Notes under the pieces: model-generated
Told to the model about the DNA's origin: nothing
Seen by the model: the letters and a program-made list of their open reading frames with translations, nothing else
Databases searched by the model: none
Made by a program: the position numbers and the translations under genes
Part shown: one piece after another, positions 26,679 through 36,508 of the stretch
Layout: each line of letters opens with the position of its first letter
Position numbering within the stretch: the stretch's first letter is position 1
Origin: Octopus vulgaris
Taxonomy: Eukaryota
Direction of reading: 5' to 3'
Length of the DNA: 64,000 nt
Assembly: GCA_951406725.2 (NCBI GenBank)
Contig: OX597822.1
Span: 19,034,001-19,098,000, forward strand

Positions 26679-27040
26679 TATGTTTATCTAGCTTGTTTTT
26701 GTGTTATCTGTTAATCATTAACCAACCATAACAGCATCATGGTCTTTCAAAAAATTAGCTGACCAATTAGGTTACTGCACACTTCAGTAATTTGTTGCCC
26801 AAAACATAAAGGAAACTTATACAGTATCCAGTACCTGGAGATTTACTAGCTTTAGTGCCAACTGCTATCCTAACTATCAATATAAACTTTCACCCCATAA
26901 TGTGGACCATACTCTCAAACCCTCAACTGTAAACATATCGTATGTTTACATCTATATGTATATTTATATGTAAGGAAAATATGAACCACCACAGGAATCC
27001 ACCCTTCTTAACGCATGAAATATGTGTGTCTATGTATGTG

Positions 27041-27078
<38 letters not shown>

Positions 27079-27158
27079 GGAAAACAGAAAAAACAACAAC
27101 ACGTGGAACAATTACAGTATTATTATTATTAGGCGCTCAGGAAAATGGAAGAAGGAGA

Positions 27159-27193
27159 GTATGACGTTTCGAGCGGAGCTCTTCGTCGGAAAC
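27159..27193 (-). ncRNA. Minimal type-I hammerhead motif
   Basis: Minus strand gttt-CCGACGA-a-gagc-tcc-gctc-GAAA-CG-TC-atac: 4-bp stem II, palindromic ACGT stem III, GUC cleavage triplet, U4C variant, stem I with one mismatch. Confidence 0.75.
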
Positions 27194-27371
27194 ATAAGAG
27201 AAAGAAAGAAAGATCCCGAGACGGGAGGACAGAGGAAAAAAAATTGCAGGTCGTCTTCATGAGGTCACATACTGAAAAGACGGAAGTAGTAAAAAAGGAG
27301 GAAAATGTTTTTTAAAAACAGGAGAGCTGAATCAATGAGGGAATGGTAAAAAAAGGTGTCGCGAGATGACA

Positions 27372-27722
27372 GTGTATGTGTGTGAGTGTGCGTGTGTGTG
27401 TATGTGTGTGTATGGTGGACAATGGCTAGTAGCAAGCAGTAGTAGAATTAAAGGAGTGGTGTGGGGGTACCCTAGCAGGTCAGAAAGGCAGATCAGAAGC
27501 AGGGAGGTATGTGTGTGTGCGTGTGTATGTATGTGTGAGTGTGTGCGTGTGTGTATGTGTGTGTATGGTGGACAATGGCTAGTAGCAAGCAGTAGTAGAA
27601 TTAAAGGAGTGGTGTGGGGGTACCCTAGCAAGTCAGAAAGGCAGATCAGAAACAGGGAGGTATGTGTGTGTGCGTGTGTATGTATGTGTGAGTGTGTGCG
27701 TGTGCGTGTGTGTATGTGTGTG
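27372..27722. repeat. Tandem duplication with a period of 153 bp
   Basis: ggtggacaatggctagtagcaagcagtagtagaattaaaggagtgg occurs at 27414 and 27567. Confidence 0.95.
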
Positions 27723-28084
27723 TGAGGCGTGATAAAAAAACAGAAAATATGTATATGTTAGTGCGTGCGGGAAAGGGTGGGGGGGCGTATGTGGGGGCGT
27801 GTTGAGTGGTAGTGTGTGTATATGTCCAGCGTGCGTAGTTGTGTGTGTGGCAAGTCAATTTGAAGTGTGTGTAAGTGTAATGTGTATATATATGCAAATG
27901 TGTGTGGGTGTGTACAAAAGGGGGGGGGTTTAAGGGAAAAAGAACTGCAGCGAAGGGGGGGGGGAGAGGAGGGGGAAGATGGAAGAGTGGTCCCGTGGCG
28001 ACAGGCGTGGGAGAACCCAAAGACAAAGCGCCGGCCCCAGATACGGACAGGAGATCCGGTCGGTCAACCATGAGCGTAGTGCAA

Positions 28085-29885
28085 GCGTGCGTGTATGCGT
28101 GCGCGAACGCGCACAAGCGAGCATGTGCGCGCGCCTGCGATTGCATGTGTGAGTATGTATGTGTGTGGATGTGTGAGTGTGTCTGTGTGTGAGTCTGAGT
28201 GTCAGTGTGTCCGATGAATGTAAGTATGTGTGTGTGTATAGATGTATGTCCGTGTGTGTGTGTGTGTGTATGAGTGTGTATGTATGTACGTGTGTGTGTG
28301 TGTATGTGCATATGTGTGCGCGTACATGCAGGTGTGTGAGTGAGTGTGTGTGTGTGTGTGTGTGTGAGTGTATGTGTACGTGCGTGTGTGTGTGGGTGCA
28401 TGTATGCGTGTGTGTGTGGGTGCATTTATGCGTACATGCGTGTAGGTGTGCGTGCATGCATGCGTGTGCGTATGTGTGTGTGTGTGCATGTGTGTAGGTA
28501 TATATGTATGTGCGTATATGTGTGTGTATGTGCGTATGTGTGTGTGTGTATGCATGTGTGTGTATGTAGGTGTGTAGGGGTGTGTGTATATGTGTATGTA
28601 TGTAAGTATGTATGGGTGTGTCCGTGTATGTGTGTGTATGCATGTGTGTGTATGTAGGTGTGTGTGTGTGCGTGTGCATGTATATGTTGGTGTGTGTGTA
28701 TGTGAGTGAGTGTATGGGTGTTTGTCATGCATGTGTGTGCGCGTGCAGGCGAGTGTGTGTGTAAGTATGTGAGTGTGTATGTCTGTGTGTATGTATGTGC
28801 GTATAGGAGTATGTAAGTATGTGTGTGGGTGTATGTATGTATGTGTGTGTGTGTGCATGTGTGTGTGTATATGTATGTGTGTAGGCGTGTGTCTAGGTGT
28901 ATGCATGTATGGGTGTGTGTCTGAGTGTTTGTGTGTGTGTGTAGGTATGTGTGTATGTATGAGTGAAGGTATGGCTGTGTAGGTGTGTGTGTGTATGAAT
29001 GTAAGTGTGTGTGTGTACAAGTGTAATGTATGTATTTAGGTGTGTGTGTATGTGTGCGTGTGTATGTGTGTGTGTGTGTATGCATGTGGGTGTGAGTGTA
29101 TGGGTGTATGTCTGTGTGTGTGTGTGTATGTCTGAAGTAGGTATGTGTGTGTATGTATGTGTGTATGTGCGCAGGTATGTGTGTGTGTGTATGTGTGTGT
29201 GTGTAAGTGTGTGTGTGAGTAGGTGTGCGTGTATGTGTGTGGGTAGGGATGTGTGTGTGGGTATGTATGTATACTTACGCACGCACACAACCGAAGCACG
29301 CCCACACACACGAAGCGCCCACACAAGCAATACAACGCAAGCCCATGGGGCCGACCAACCCCCGTCACGCGCCAAGGCAGTGCGCGCGCGGGGGCCCCCG
29401 AACAACCCGCTCCACGGGAACCGAGGATCCATCACCCAAAACTAGAAAGCAGAAAAAAGGGGAGGGCTGCCTGGGTGCGAATAGGTGTATGTGTGTGTGC
29501 ATTCGTGTGAAGGTGTACATGTGTGGGTATGTGTGTGTGCGTACATGTATGTGTGCATGTGTGTGTGTGTATGTAAGTATAGGTGTGTGAAGTATGTATG
29601 TGCGATGTGTGTGTGTGTGTACGTATGTATGTGTGTGTATGTATGTATGTATGTCTGTGTGTGTGTGTGTAAGTATGTATGTGTGTGTGTGTGTTGTGTG
29701 TACGTATGTATGTGTGTGTGTATGTATGTCTGTGTGTATGTATGTGCGTGTTGGTTTGTATGTTAGTGTGTGCATGTGTGTCTGTAAGTATGTGTGATTA
29801 GATGTATGAATGTGTGTACGTAGATGTGTATCCGTATGTGTGTGTTTGAACAGGCGTGTGGGATGTAGGTAGGTGTGTGTGTGTG
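28085..29885. repeat. Degenerate (TG/TA)n low-complexity field with an embedded GC-rich island
   Basis: About 1.8 kb of alternating purine-pyrimidine sequence; source of the spurious HT/CV-rich ORFs. Confidence 0.97.
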
Positions 29886-30137
29886 GGGGGGTGTTTATCC
29901 GAGAAAAAAAAAAAACCTAGGAGGAGGGGGCTGTGTTAAGTCCGTGTGGGGTAGTGGTTTGTAGGGTGAAGATGTAGCGTTGCTCCGAGTGGAGCCTAGA
30001 AAGAGGATGGCCATTGTGGGGGGCGAGACCAAACACTGAGATGTCATCTAGGGAATGGCTGGCCGAGCGGAAGTGGCGTGCGATAGGAGAAAGGGAGTGT
30101 AGGCGAACGTCCCTCAAATGTTCTGTGAATCGATCGG

Positions 30138-30170
<33 letters not shown>

Positions 30171-30729
30171 AGAAAGTTGGTTTGTGAAAGCACATGGTTG
30201 AATATATAGAAAATAGTAAAAAGTGAAAAAACTACAGAAGGCTTAAGGGTTAAAAAATATATATATTTGCGTCAATATGTCTGAAGGATATTAAAATTTT
30301 TTTCTTACAATGATATAGTTTAGAAGAAAGACCAGTTTAGCTTTTCAAATTTCTTACGACATTATGTTTATCTTGAACAGAGTTATCGTTATGTTTATGT
30401 TTAAAAGAGTTCTAAATATGGGGAGGTAATGAGTGATTTCTTCCGGTGTATCTTCATTGCTTTTACTTTCCCGGGCGAGTAGGTTTGATTCCTCGATTTT
30501 GTTGTTCAGAGTAATGAGTTGTGTATTAATACTTTTCAGTTCTTTGAGTATGTCCTCATTTGTAGTTTAATCCGAGGTGTTGGTCTTCTGTGGCATTTTC
30601 GGTCTCACGTGTTTAATATATAGATAAGAAAGTTGGTTTGTGAAAGCACGTGGTTGAATATATAGAAAATAGTAAAAAGTGAAAAAACTATGTCTGAAGA
30701 ATATTAAAAATTTTTTTCTTACAATGACA

Positions 30730-31485
30730 GCTCTGCCTGGCCCCGTGTCGGTGGCACGTAAAAGCACCATCCGTTCGTGTTCGTTGCCAGCCTCGCCTGG
30801 CCCCGTGCCGGTGACACGTAAAAGCACCGTCCGTTCGTGGCCGTTTGCCAGCTCTGTCTGGTCCCGTGTCGGTGGCACGTAAAAGCACCATCCGTTCGTG
30901 GCCGTTTGCCAGCTCTGTCTGGCCCCGTGTCGGTGGCACGTAAAAGCACCATCCGTTTGTGTCCATTGCCAGCCTTGGCTGGCCCCCGTGCCGGTGACAC
31001 GTAAAAGCACCGTCCGCTCGTGGCCGTTTGCCAGCTCTGTCTGGCAACTGTGTCGGTGGCACGTAAAAGCACCATCCGTTCGCGTCTGTTGCCAGCCTCG
31101 GCTGGCCCTCGTGCCGGTGACATGTAAAAGCACCGTCCGTTCGTGGCCGTTTGCCAGCTCTGTCTGGCCCCGTGTCGGTGGCACGTAAAAGCACCATCCG
31201 TTCGTGTCCGTTGCCAGCATCGCCTGGCCCCGTGCCGGTGACACGTAAAAGCACCATCCGTTCATGGCCGTTTGCCAGCTCTGTCTGGTTCCTGTGCAGG
31301 TGGCACGTAAAAAACACCCACTACACTCGCGGAGTGGTTGGTGTTAGGAAGGGCATCCAGCCGTAGAAACACTGCCAGATCTGACTGGGCCTGACGAAGC
31401 CTTCCAGCTTCACAGACCCCAGTTGACCCGTCCAACCCATGCTAGCATGGAAAGCGGACGCTAAACGATGATGATGATGATGACA
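30730..31485 (+). mobile_element. Young RTE-tailed SINE with ten tandem units of about 61 bp, inserted into the Penelope terminal repeat
   Basis: Unit core ggtgRcacgtaaaagcaccRtccgttcgtg x10 (30730-31320), then ggagtggttggtgttaggaagggcatccagc and ggacgctaaac(gat)n. The 6-bp target duplication atgaca sits at 30724-30729 and 31480-31485; the empty site is visible at about 30310. Confidence 0.92.
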
Positions 31486-31493
31486 TAGTTTAG

Positions 31494-31532
31494 AAGAAAG
31501 ACCGGTTTCGCGTTTAGCTTTTCAAATTTCTT
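31494..31532 (-). ncRNA. Variant minimal type-I hammerhead motif (U3:A8 core)
   Basis: Minus strand aagaaa-t-TTGAAAA-gc-taaac-gc-GAAA-CCGG-TC-tttctt, about 110 nt downstream of the GIY-YIG stop codon. Confidence 0.65.
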
Positions 31533-32477
31533 ACGACGTTATGTTTATCTTGAACAGAGTTATCGTTATGTTTATGTTTAAAAGAGTTCTAAATAATGGG
31601 AGGTAATGAGTGATTTCTTCCGGTGTAAGGGAGATAATCACTTAAAATTTTTTTCCTTTCCCTTGGTGTGAATTTCTCTGTATCAGTATGTTGGCATGGT
31701 TAAGTCTGGGCTTGTACTTTTCAATGAAGAATGTTTCCTTGTTTAGTCTAATTTGTGTTGATGATCCGATAGCACATTGGTAAAATGGAAAGATTAAAAA
31801 TTGTGGTAGTAGTTGCTTTGCGCATTTCTCAATGTGCTCACTAAAAGGTATCATTCTGTATTCTGGGAATGCAATCTGTTGTCGATGCAGTGTGCATCTA
31901 CGTCTGGGTGATAGTCCCGTGGATCCCACGTAGTCTTGGTGGCAGCCCGAGCATTTTATGACATAAATTATGTTTTCAGAGGCACAAGTAAAGTTAGATT
32001 TGATCTTGAATTTCTGTCCCTCTTTAAAGAGGAATTCTGATCCTTCTAGCAGGTTTGGACATGTTGCACAGTTCGATCTACCACATTTTTTTACTTTTGC
32101 ATCCGTAATTTCAGAAAACAATTTTGCCTTTGTGAGAATCTTTTTAAGTGATTTAGGTTGTTTGTAGCTTTTAATGATTTGGTGTATGTTTAGAATTTCC
32201 TTTAATTTGGGGTCCTTATGAAGTATTGGTAAATTCTGGGTGATGATGGTGAAGGTTTCTTTGTTTCTGGGGTTGTATGTAGATATGTAAGGTAGTATTT
32301 TCGGGGAAGGTGTGTTGTTGTGTTGAACTTTTCTTAAAGTTTCTATGTTGATTTCTGTTGCACGTCTGATCCCATCCTCTATGAGTTGAGCTGGGTAATG
32401 TCTGTCAATTAGGGTGTTTTTGAGTTCTTGCAGTCTAAAGTTCCTGGTATTTTGTTCTGACACTATTGTGCATATCC

Positions 32478-32891
32478 TACTCTTTTTACTCTTTTACTCT
32501 TTTACTTGTTTCAGTCATTTGACTGTGGCCATGCTGGAGCACCGCCTTTTAATCGAGCAACTCGATCCCGGGACTTATTCTTTTGTAAGCCCAGTACTTA
32601 TTCTATCGGTGTCTTTTGCCGAACCGCTAAGTAACGGGGACATAAACACACCAGCATCGGTTGTCAAGCAATGCTAGGGGGACAAACACAGACACACAAA
32701 CACACACATACATATATATATATACATATATACGACGGGCTTCTTTCAGTTTCCGTCAACCAAATCCACTCACAAGGCTTTGGTCGGCCCGAGGCTATAG
32801 TAGAAGACACTTGCCCAAGATGCCACACAGTGGGACTGAACCTGGAACCATGTGGTTGGTAAACAAGCTACTTACCACATAGCCACTCCTG

Positions 32892-32892
<1 letters not shown>
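32478..32892 (-). mobile_element. tRNA-derived SINE, family 1 (full length)
   Basis: Reverse complement of 23252-23638, with a (aaaagagt)n tail; it truncates the Penelope ORF. Confidence 0.92.
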
Positions 32893-32928
<36 letters not shown>

Positions 32929-32931
<3 letters not shown>

Positions 32932-33267
32932 CATAGGAGTCGCTGAGTGGTAAGTAGCTTGCTTTCGAACCACCTGGTTCCGGGTTCAGTCCCACTGTGT
33001 GGCACCTTGGGCAAATGTCTTCTACTATAGCTTTGGGCCGACCAAAGCCTTGTGAGTGGATTTGGTAGACGGAAACTGAAAGAAACCCATCATGTATATG
33101 TATATATATACATATGTATGAGTGTGTGTCTGTGTTTGCCCTCCAACATCGCTCAACTGATGCTGGTGTGTTTACATCCCTGTAACTTAGCAGTTCGGCA
33201 AAAAGACTGATAGAATAAGTGCTAGGCTTACAAAGAATAAGTCTTGGGGTTGATGTGCTCAACTAAA

Positions 33268-33268
<1 letters not shown>
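32929..33268 (+). mobile_element. tRNA-derived SINE, family 1 (3' tail missing)
   Basis: Same head and body as 23252; head-to-head with the previous copy across (TA)n. Confidence 0.9.
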
Positions 33269-33300
<32 letters not shown>

Positions 33301-33301
<1 letters not shown>

Positions 33302-33630
33302 TCTTTTACTTGTTTCAGTTATTTGACTGTGGCCATGCTGGAGCACTGCCTTTAGTCGAAGAAATCGACCCCAGGACTTATTCTTTGTAAGCCTAGTACT
33401 TATTCTATCGGTCTCTTTTGCCAAACTGCTAAGTTACAGGGATGTAAACACACCAGCATCAGTTGTCAAGCGATGTTGGGAGACACAAACACACATACAT
33501 ACATATATATATATAAACATATATCCACTCACAAGGCTTTGGTCGGCCCGAGGCTATAGTAGAAGACACTTGCCCAAGGTGCCACACTGTGGGACTGAAC
33601 CCTGAACCATGTGGTTGGCAAGCAAGCTAT
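33301..33630 (-). mobile_element. tRNA-derived SINE, family 1 (internal deletion)
   Basis: Reverse complement of the family; tail-to-tail with 32929-33268. Confidence 0.9.
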
Positions 33631-34225
33631 AATTTAGAGAAAAACCACTATTAAATGATTCAATAAAGAAAGATATTATTCCCACCATATAGTAAACATA
33701 TACTATAAAAAAACCTTATTTTAAATCAATAAAGTACAATAAATAGTAAATAGAAATATTTCTTATATTTCTTATAAACGCTAAGTTCGACGTTTTACGT
33801 TTAAATTGTTAGTTAACGAAAATACTTTGATAAGATAAGTTATTTTTTTATTTTAAGAAATATTGTTAAATGCTTTTCGATTATTTATAGTTAATACATG
33901 TATTTTTTTATATATTTATTTGATAATTAGTATAAGTTAAGATAAGTACATTTATTCTATTATTATTTCTTATCTCAGACTTGATGAGTGACTATATTTT
34001 TAAATAGAATTAATTTTAGTTTGATTTAATTTAAATCGAATTGATTTTATTATTATCTATTTGAAAATATAGCCATGAAACATGTTTAGCCTTTTTACTA
34101 CTATTTACTATTTATTGTACTTTATTGATTTAAAATTAATTTTTTTTTTATAGTATATGTTTTCTATATGCTGTGAATAACATCTTTCTTTATTGAATTG
34201 TTTAATAGTATTTTTTCTCTAAATT
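33631..34225. mobile_element. AT-rich element with inverted arms of about 125 bp and an internal hammerhead-like motif (Penelope pLTR-type)
   Basis: 33631-33753 is the reverse complement of 34101-34225; hammerhead-like core at 33976-34092. Confidence 0.75.
33976..34092 (+). ncRNA. Hammerhead-like motif with a long stem II
   Basis: tTGATGA-gtgactatatttttaaataga ... tctatttgaaaatatagccat-GAAAC-AT-GTT: about 20-bp stem II, palindromic AAACATGTTT stem III, C3 changed to T. Confidence 0.6.
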
Positions 34226-34507
34226 ATATACATATATTATATATTGATTTAAAATTGTTAAATTGAATTTTTCCCTGTAACTTTTGGAGTTATATTCCCT
34301 ACAATTATATATATATATGTATATATATATGTGTGTATGTATATATGTATATTTCTCCTTTCATATACCTTTTCCTTTCTACAAAGCTGTACTCCTCTCA
34401 AACTCTATTGCTTACTTCAACTTTACTCTTATTATTTCTCCTCTTATACACTCTTTACTAGGAATATTGTACTATACCTGCTAATAACTGATTCTTTTGT
34501 ATGTATG

Positions 34508-34565
<58 letters not shown>

Positions 34566-34630
34566 TGTATGTGTGTGTATTTATATATATACATGCATTA
34601 GCCCTCTGAACTCTTTAGACCCTCTTCTAA

Positions 34631-34757
34631 ACTCTCTGATGAAGCCTAGAGGCACACCCAAGTACCCTAATTTTATCTACCAATCACTACAGTACACTGA
34701 AAAGATGGAAATAACATGTGGGCTACTGTGACCTCTTGGCAGAAACAGCTGTAAGAA
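34631..34757 (+). ncRNA. Hammerhead-like motif with extended stem II
   Basis: tct-CTGATGA-a-gcctagaggcaca ... tgtgacctcttggc-a-GAAAC-AGCT-GTA-aga: both core boxes are intact, stem III is the palindrome ACAGCTGT, the triplet is GUA, and stem I is only 3 bp. Confidence 0.65.
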
Positions 34758-34925
34758 ACTGTCCTTTTTCTATTCTAGAAATTACTGGTACTTATGTATG
34801 TAAAACACAATCTTTACATATGTATATATGGTCTCATAATTGATTAATATAAATAAATAGACATAATATAATGTTTAACAGTTGATGCATACTATCTCTG
34901 GATCCCCTCTATTTTCTTCTTGCCG

Positions 34926-34973
34926 TACATACATACATACATACATACATACATACATACATACATACATACA

Positions 34974-35033
<60 letters not shown>
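34926..35033. repeat. (TACA)n(TA)n microsatellite
   Basis: Seen directly. Confidence 0.98.
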
Positions 35034-35036
<3 letters not shown>

Positions 35037-35544
35037 TTACTTCTATATATGCACAGAATGTTATGTTCAGTTGCATGTGCATTGGAAACATGTATATCAT
35101 CATAACCATAAAAATATGCTCTATGAAATGTAAAATAAAAGGAAATATATTCTGAGGATGTACCAATCTCCATATTCTCTATTATCATAGTTATTGCTAA
35201 TGTGTGTTTGTGTGTGTGTGTGTGTGTGTAAGTTGTATAAGAACCCATAAATCAGGAAAAAATGCACTGATATATCAGTCAATAGAGTGGGTATATTAAT
35301 CAAAGTGTACAGTATTATATATCCATTATGGTCGATCTTACCAATCATTTTCTCACTAGGTTTTTAACAGAGTGTTAGGTAACAGGCTGATTATGTAACC
35401 CTGTGCTCATCAGAGGTTGCTGTTACAGAATGAAATATGGCAACTGCACTATGTTTCTTTACAGGCCATTTAAATAAACACACCAAATTGTTCATTTACA
35501 AAATCAGATAAAGTTTTAAAAAATTACATGGCTGGTAATCATTC

Positions 35545-35982
35545 CCATAGCAACAACGCTTTTCTCAATATGTGTGATGTACCACTTAAAACAATCTTTT
35601 ACATGTCTTGCATGGATGGTAACCCAGGAATCACTCCCAAATCATTTTCAGCTCCTTTTTTAATCATTCCAAGTGCTCCTACACTCACTGTTATTGTCAT
35701 CATCTTGAAATGCCACATTTTTTTCGATTTCAATGAGCAAATCTTTATACTTTCTGAGCTTGTCAAATTCTTTTACTGAGATATTATGATCTCAAGAAAT
35801 GCTCATGTCGATTAATAAACAGACTTTAATGGTTTTGGTCTTTCACAACAATATCCAGTTTATTAGCTTTGTTGACTTTGTATGTATTGGAAAATCCCAA
35901 AGATTTCTCCCTGTTACAGCCTCAGGGTGGTGCTTTTACTACTTGTTCTGATTTTATAATGCCAACATATTAATCAGTGTAT
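35545..35982 (-). mobile_element. R4/Dong endonuclease-region fragment
   Basis: Homologous to 11400-11840 (gtgatgtaccacttaaaacaatctttt; gttacagcctcagggtggtg). Confidence 0.85.
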
Positions 35983-36508
35983 TATTATTATTGGTTGAAA
36001 GAGCAGTGCATGCCATCAAAGTGACACTGGGGTAAAATATACAAAGCCTAGTAGATCAATCATGACTACCCGTCCTATAAGAGTACACCAAGCACATGCA
36101 TCACATCCATATGTGTGCGACATGGTGACCTCATTTCAAGATTAACAGCAGGTGGAACCCAGTTAAAATTTTCTTCAGGTTGGGTAGCCCATCCTGCTCC
36201 AAAGGTCCGTGAATAAGGGTTGTTTAAGGATGTTGAAGGAAACACCCATATATATCCAGAGGTGAATTATCCAAATCCCAAAGAATTTCTCTCATGGCTG
36301 TGATGCTCCCCCTCTATTTCAGCTCGAGAACAGAGATGCACATATCATCAGCCATTAAGGGATGCTCAACTGGTTAAGGTCAAGCAACTGACAAGCAAAT
36401 CTCTGGTATTGAGCAGAATATTTGCTTATACCAAGACAAAACAATGTATATAACACTTCCAATCAGTTGTTGTTCTTCTTCTTCCTCTTCTAATCATTAT
36501 TATTATTA

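Larger units (their letters stand above)
27085..30140 (-). mobile_element. Penelope-like element 3' end: GIY-YIG C-terminus, microsatellite-expanded 3' region, hammerhead-bearing terminal repeat
   Basis: ORF 29917-30140 (DRFTEHLRDVR..SPIARHF..H..DISVFGL..RLHSEQRYIFTLQTTTPHGLN) is a typical PLE endonuclease end. A hammerhead motif lies on the same strand at 27159-27193. Continuity across the TG field is inferred. Confidence 0.7.
30165..32475 (-). mobile_element. Penelope-like element: RT thumb and GIY-YIG endonuclease, followed by two direct copies of the pseudo-LTR
   Basis: ORF 31642-32463 (LIDRHYP, CGRSNCATC, FTCASENIIYVIKCSGCHQDYVGSTG, HRQQI, EHIEKC, ETFFIEKYKPRLN). Direct repeat 30165-30450 matches 30620-30729 plus 31486-31627. 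Confidence 0.92.

Noticed and set aside
27332-29800. Long His/Thr- and Cys/Val-rich ORFs
   Set aside because: Translations of (CA)n/(TG)n repeats, open in several frames on both strands.
30320-30355. Second copy of the U3:A8 hammerhead
   Set aside because: A 7-nt deletion removes half of stem II and the G of GAAA, so it is non-functional. It is useful only as support for the shared core variant.
30730-31320. CRISPR-like regular array
   Set aside because: Inter-core segments are variants of one another rather than unique spacers, there are no cas genes, the context is eukaryotic, and the array is part of a SINE with a tail and target duplication.
35351-35416. Minus-strand CTGATGA with a 7-bp stem II
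   Set aside because: The GAAA box and cleavage triplet are decayed. Counted only as a relic, not annotated as a ribozyme.
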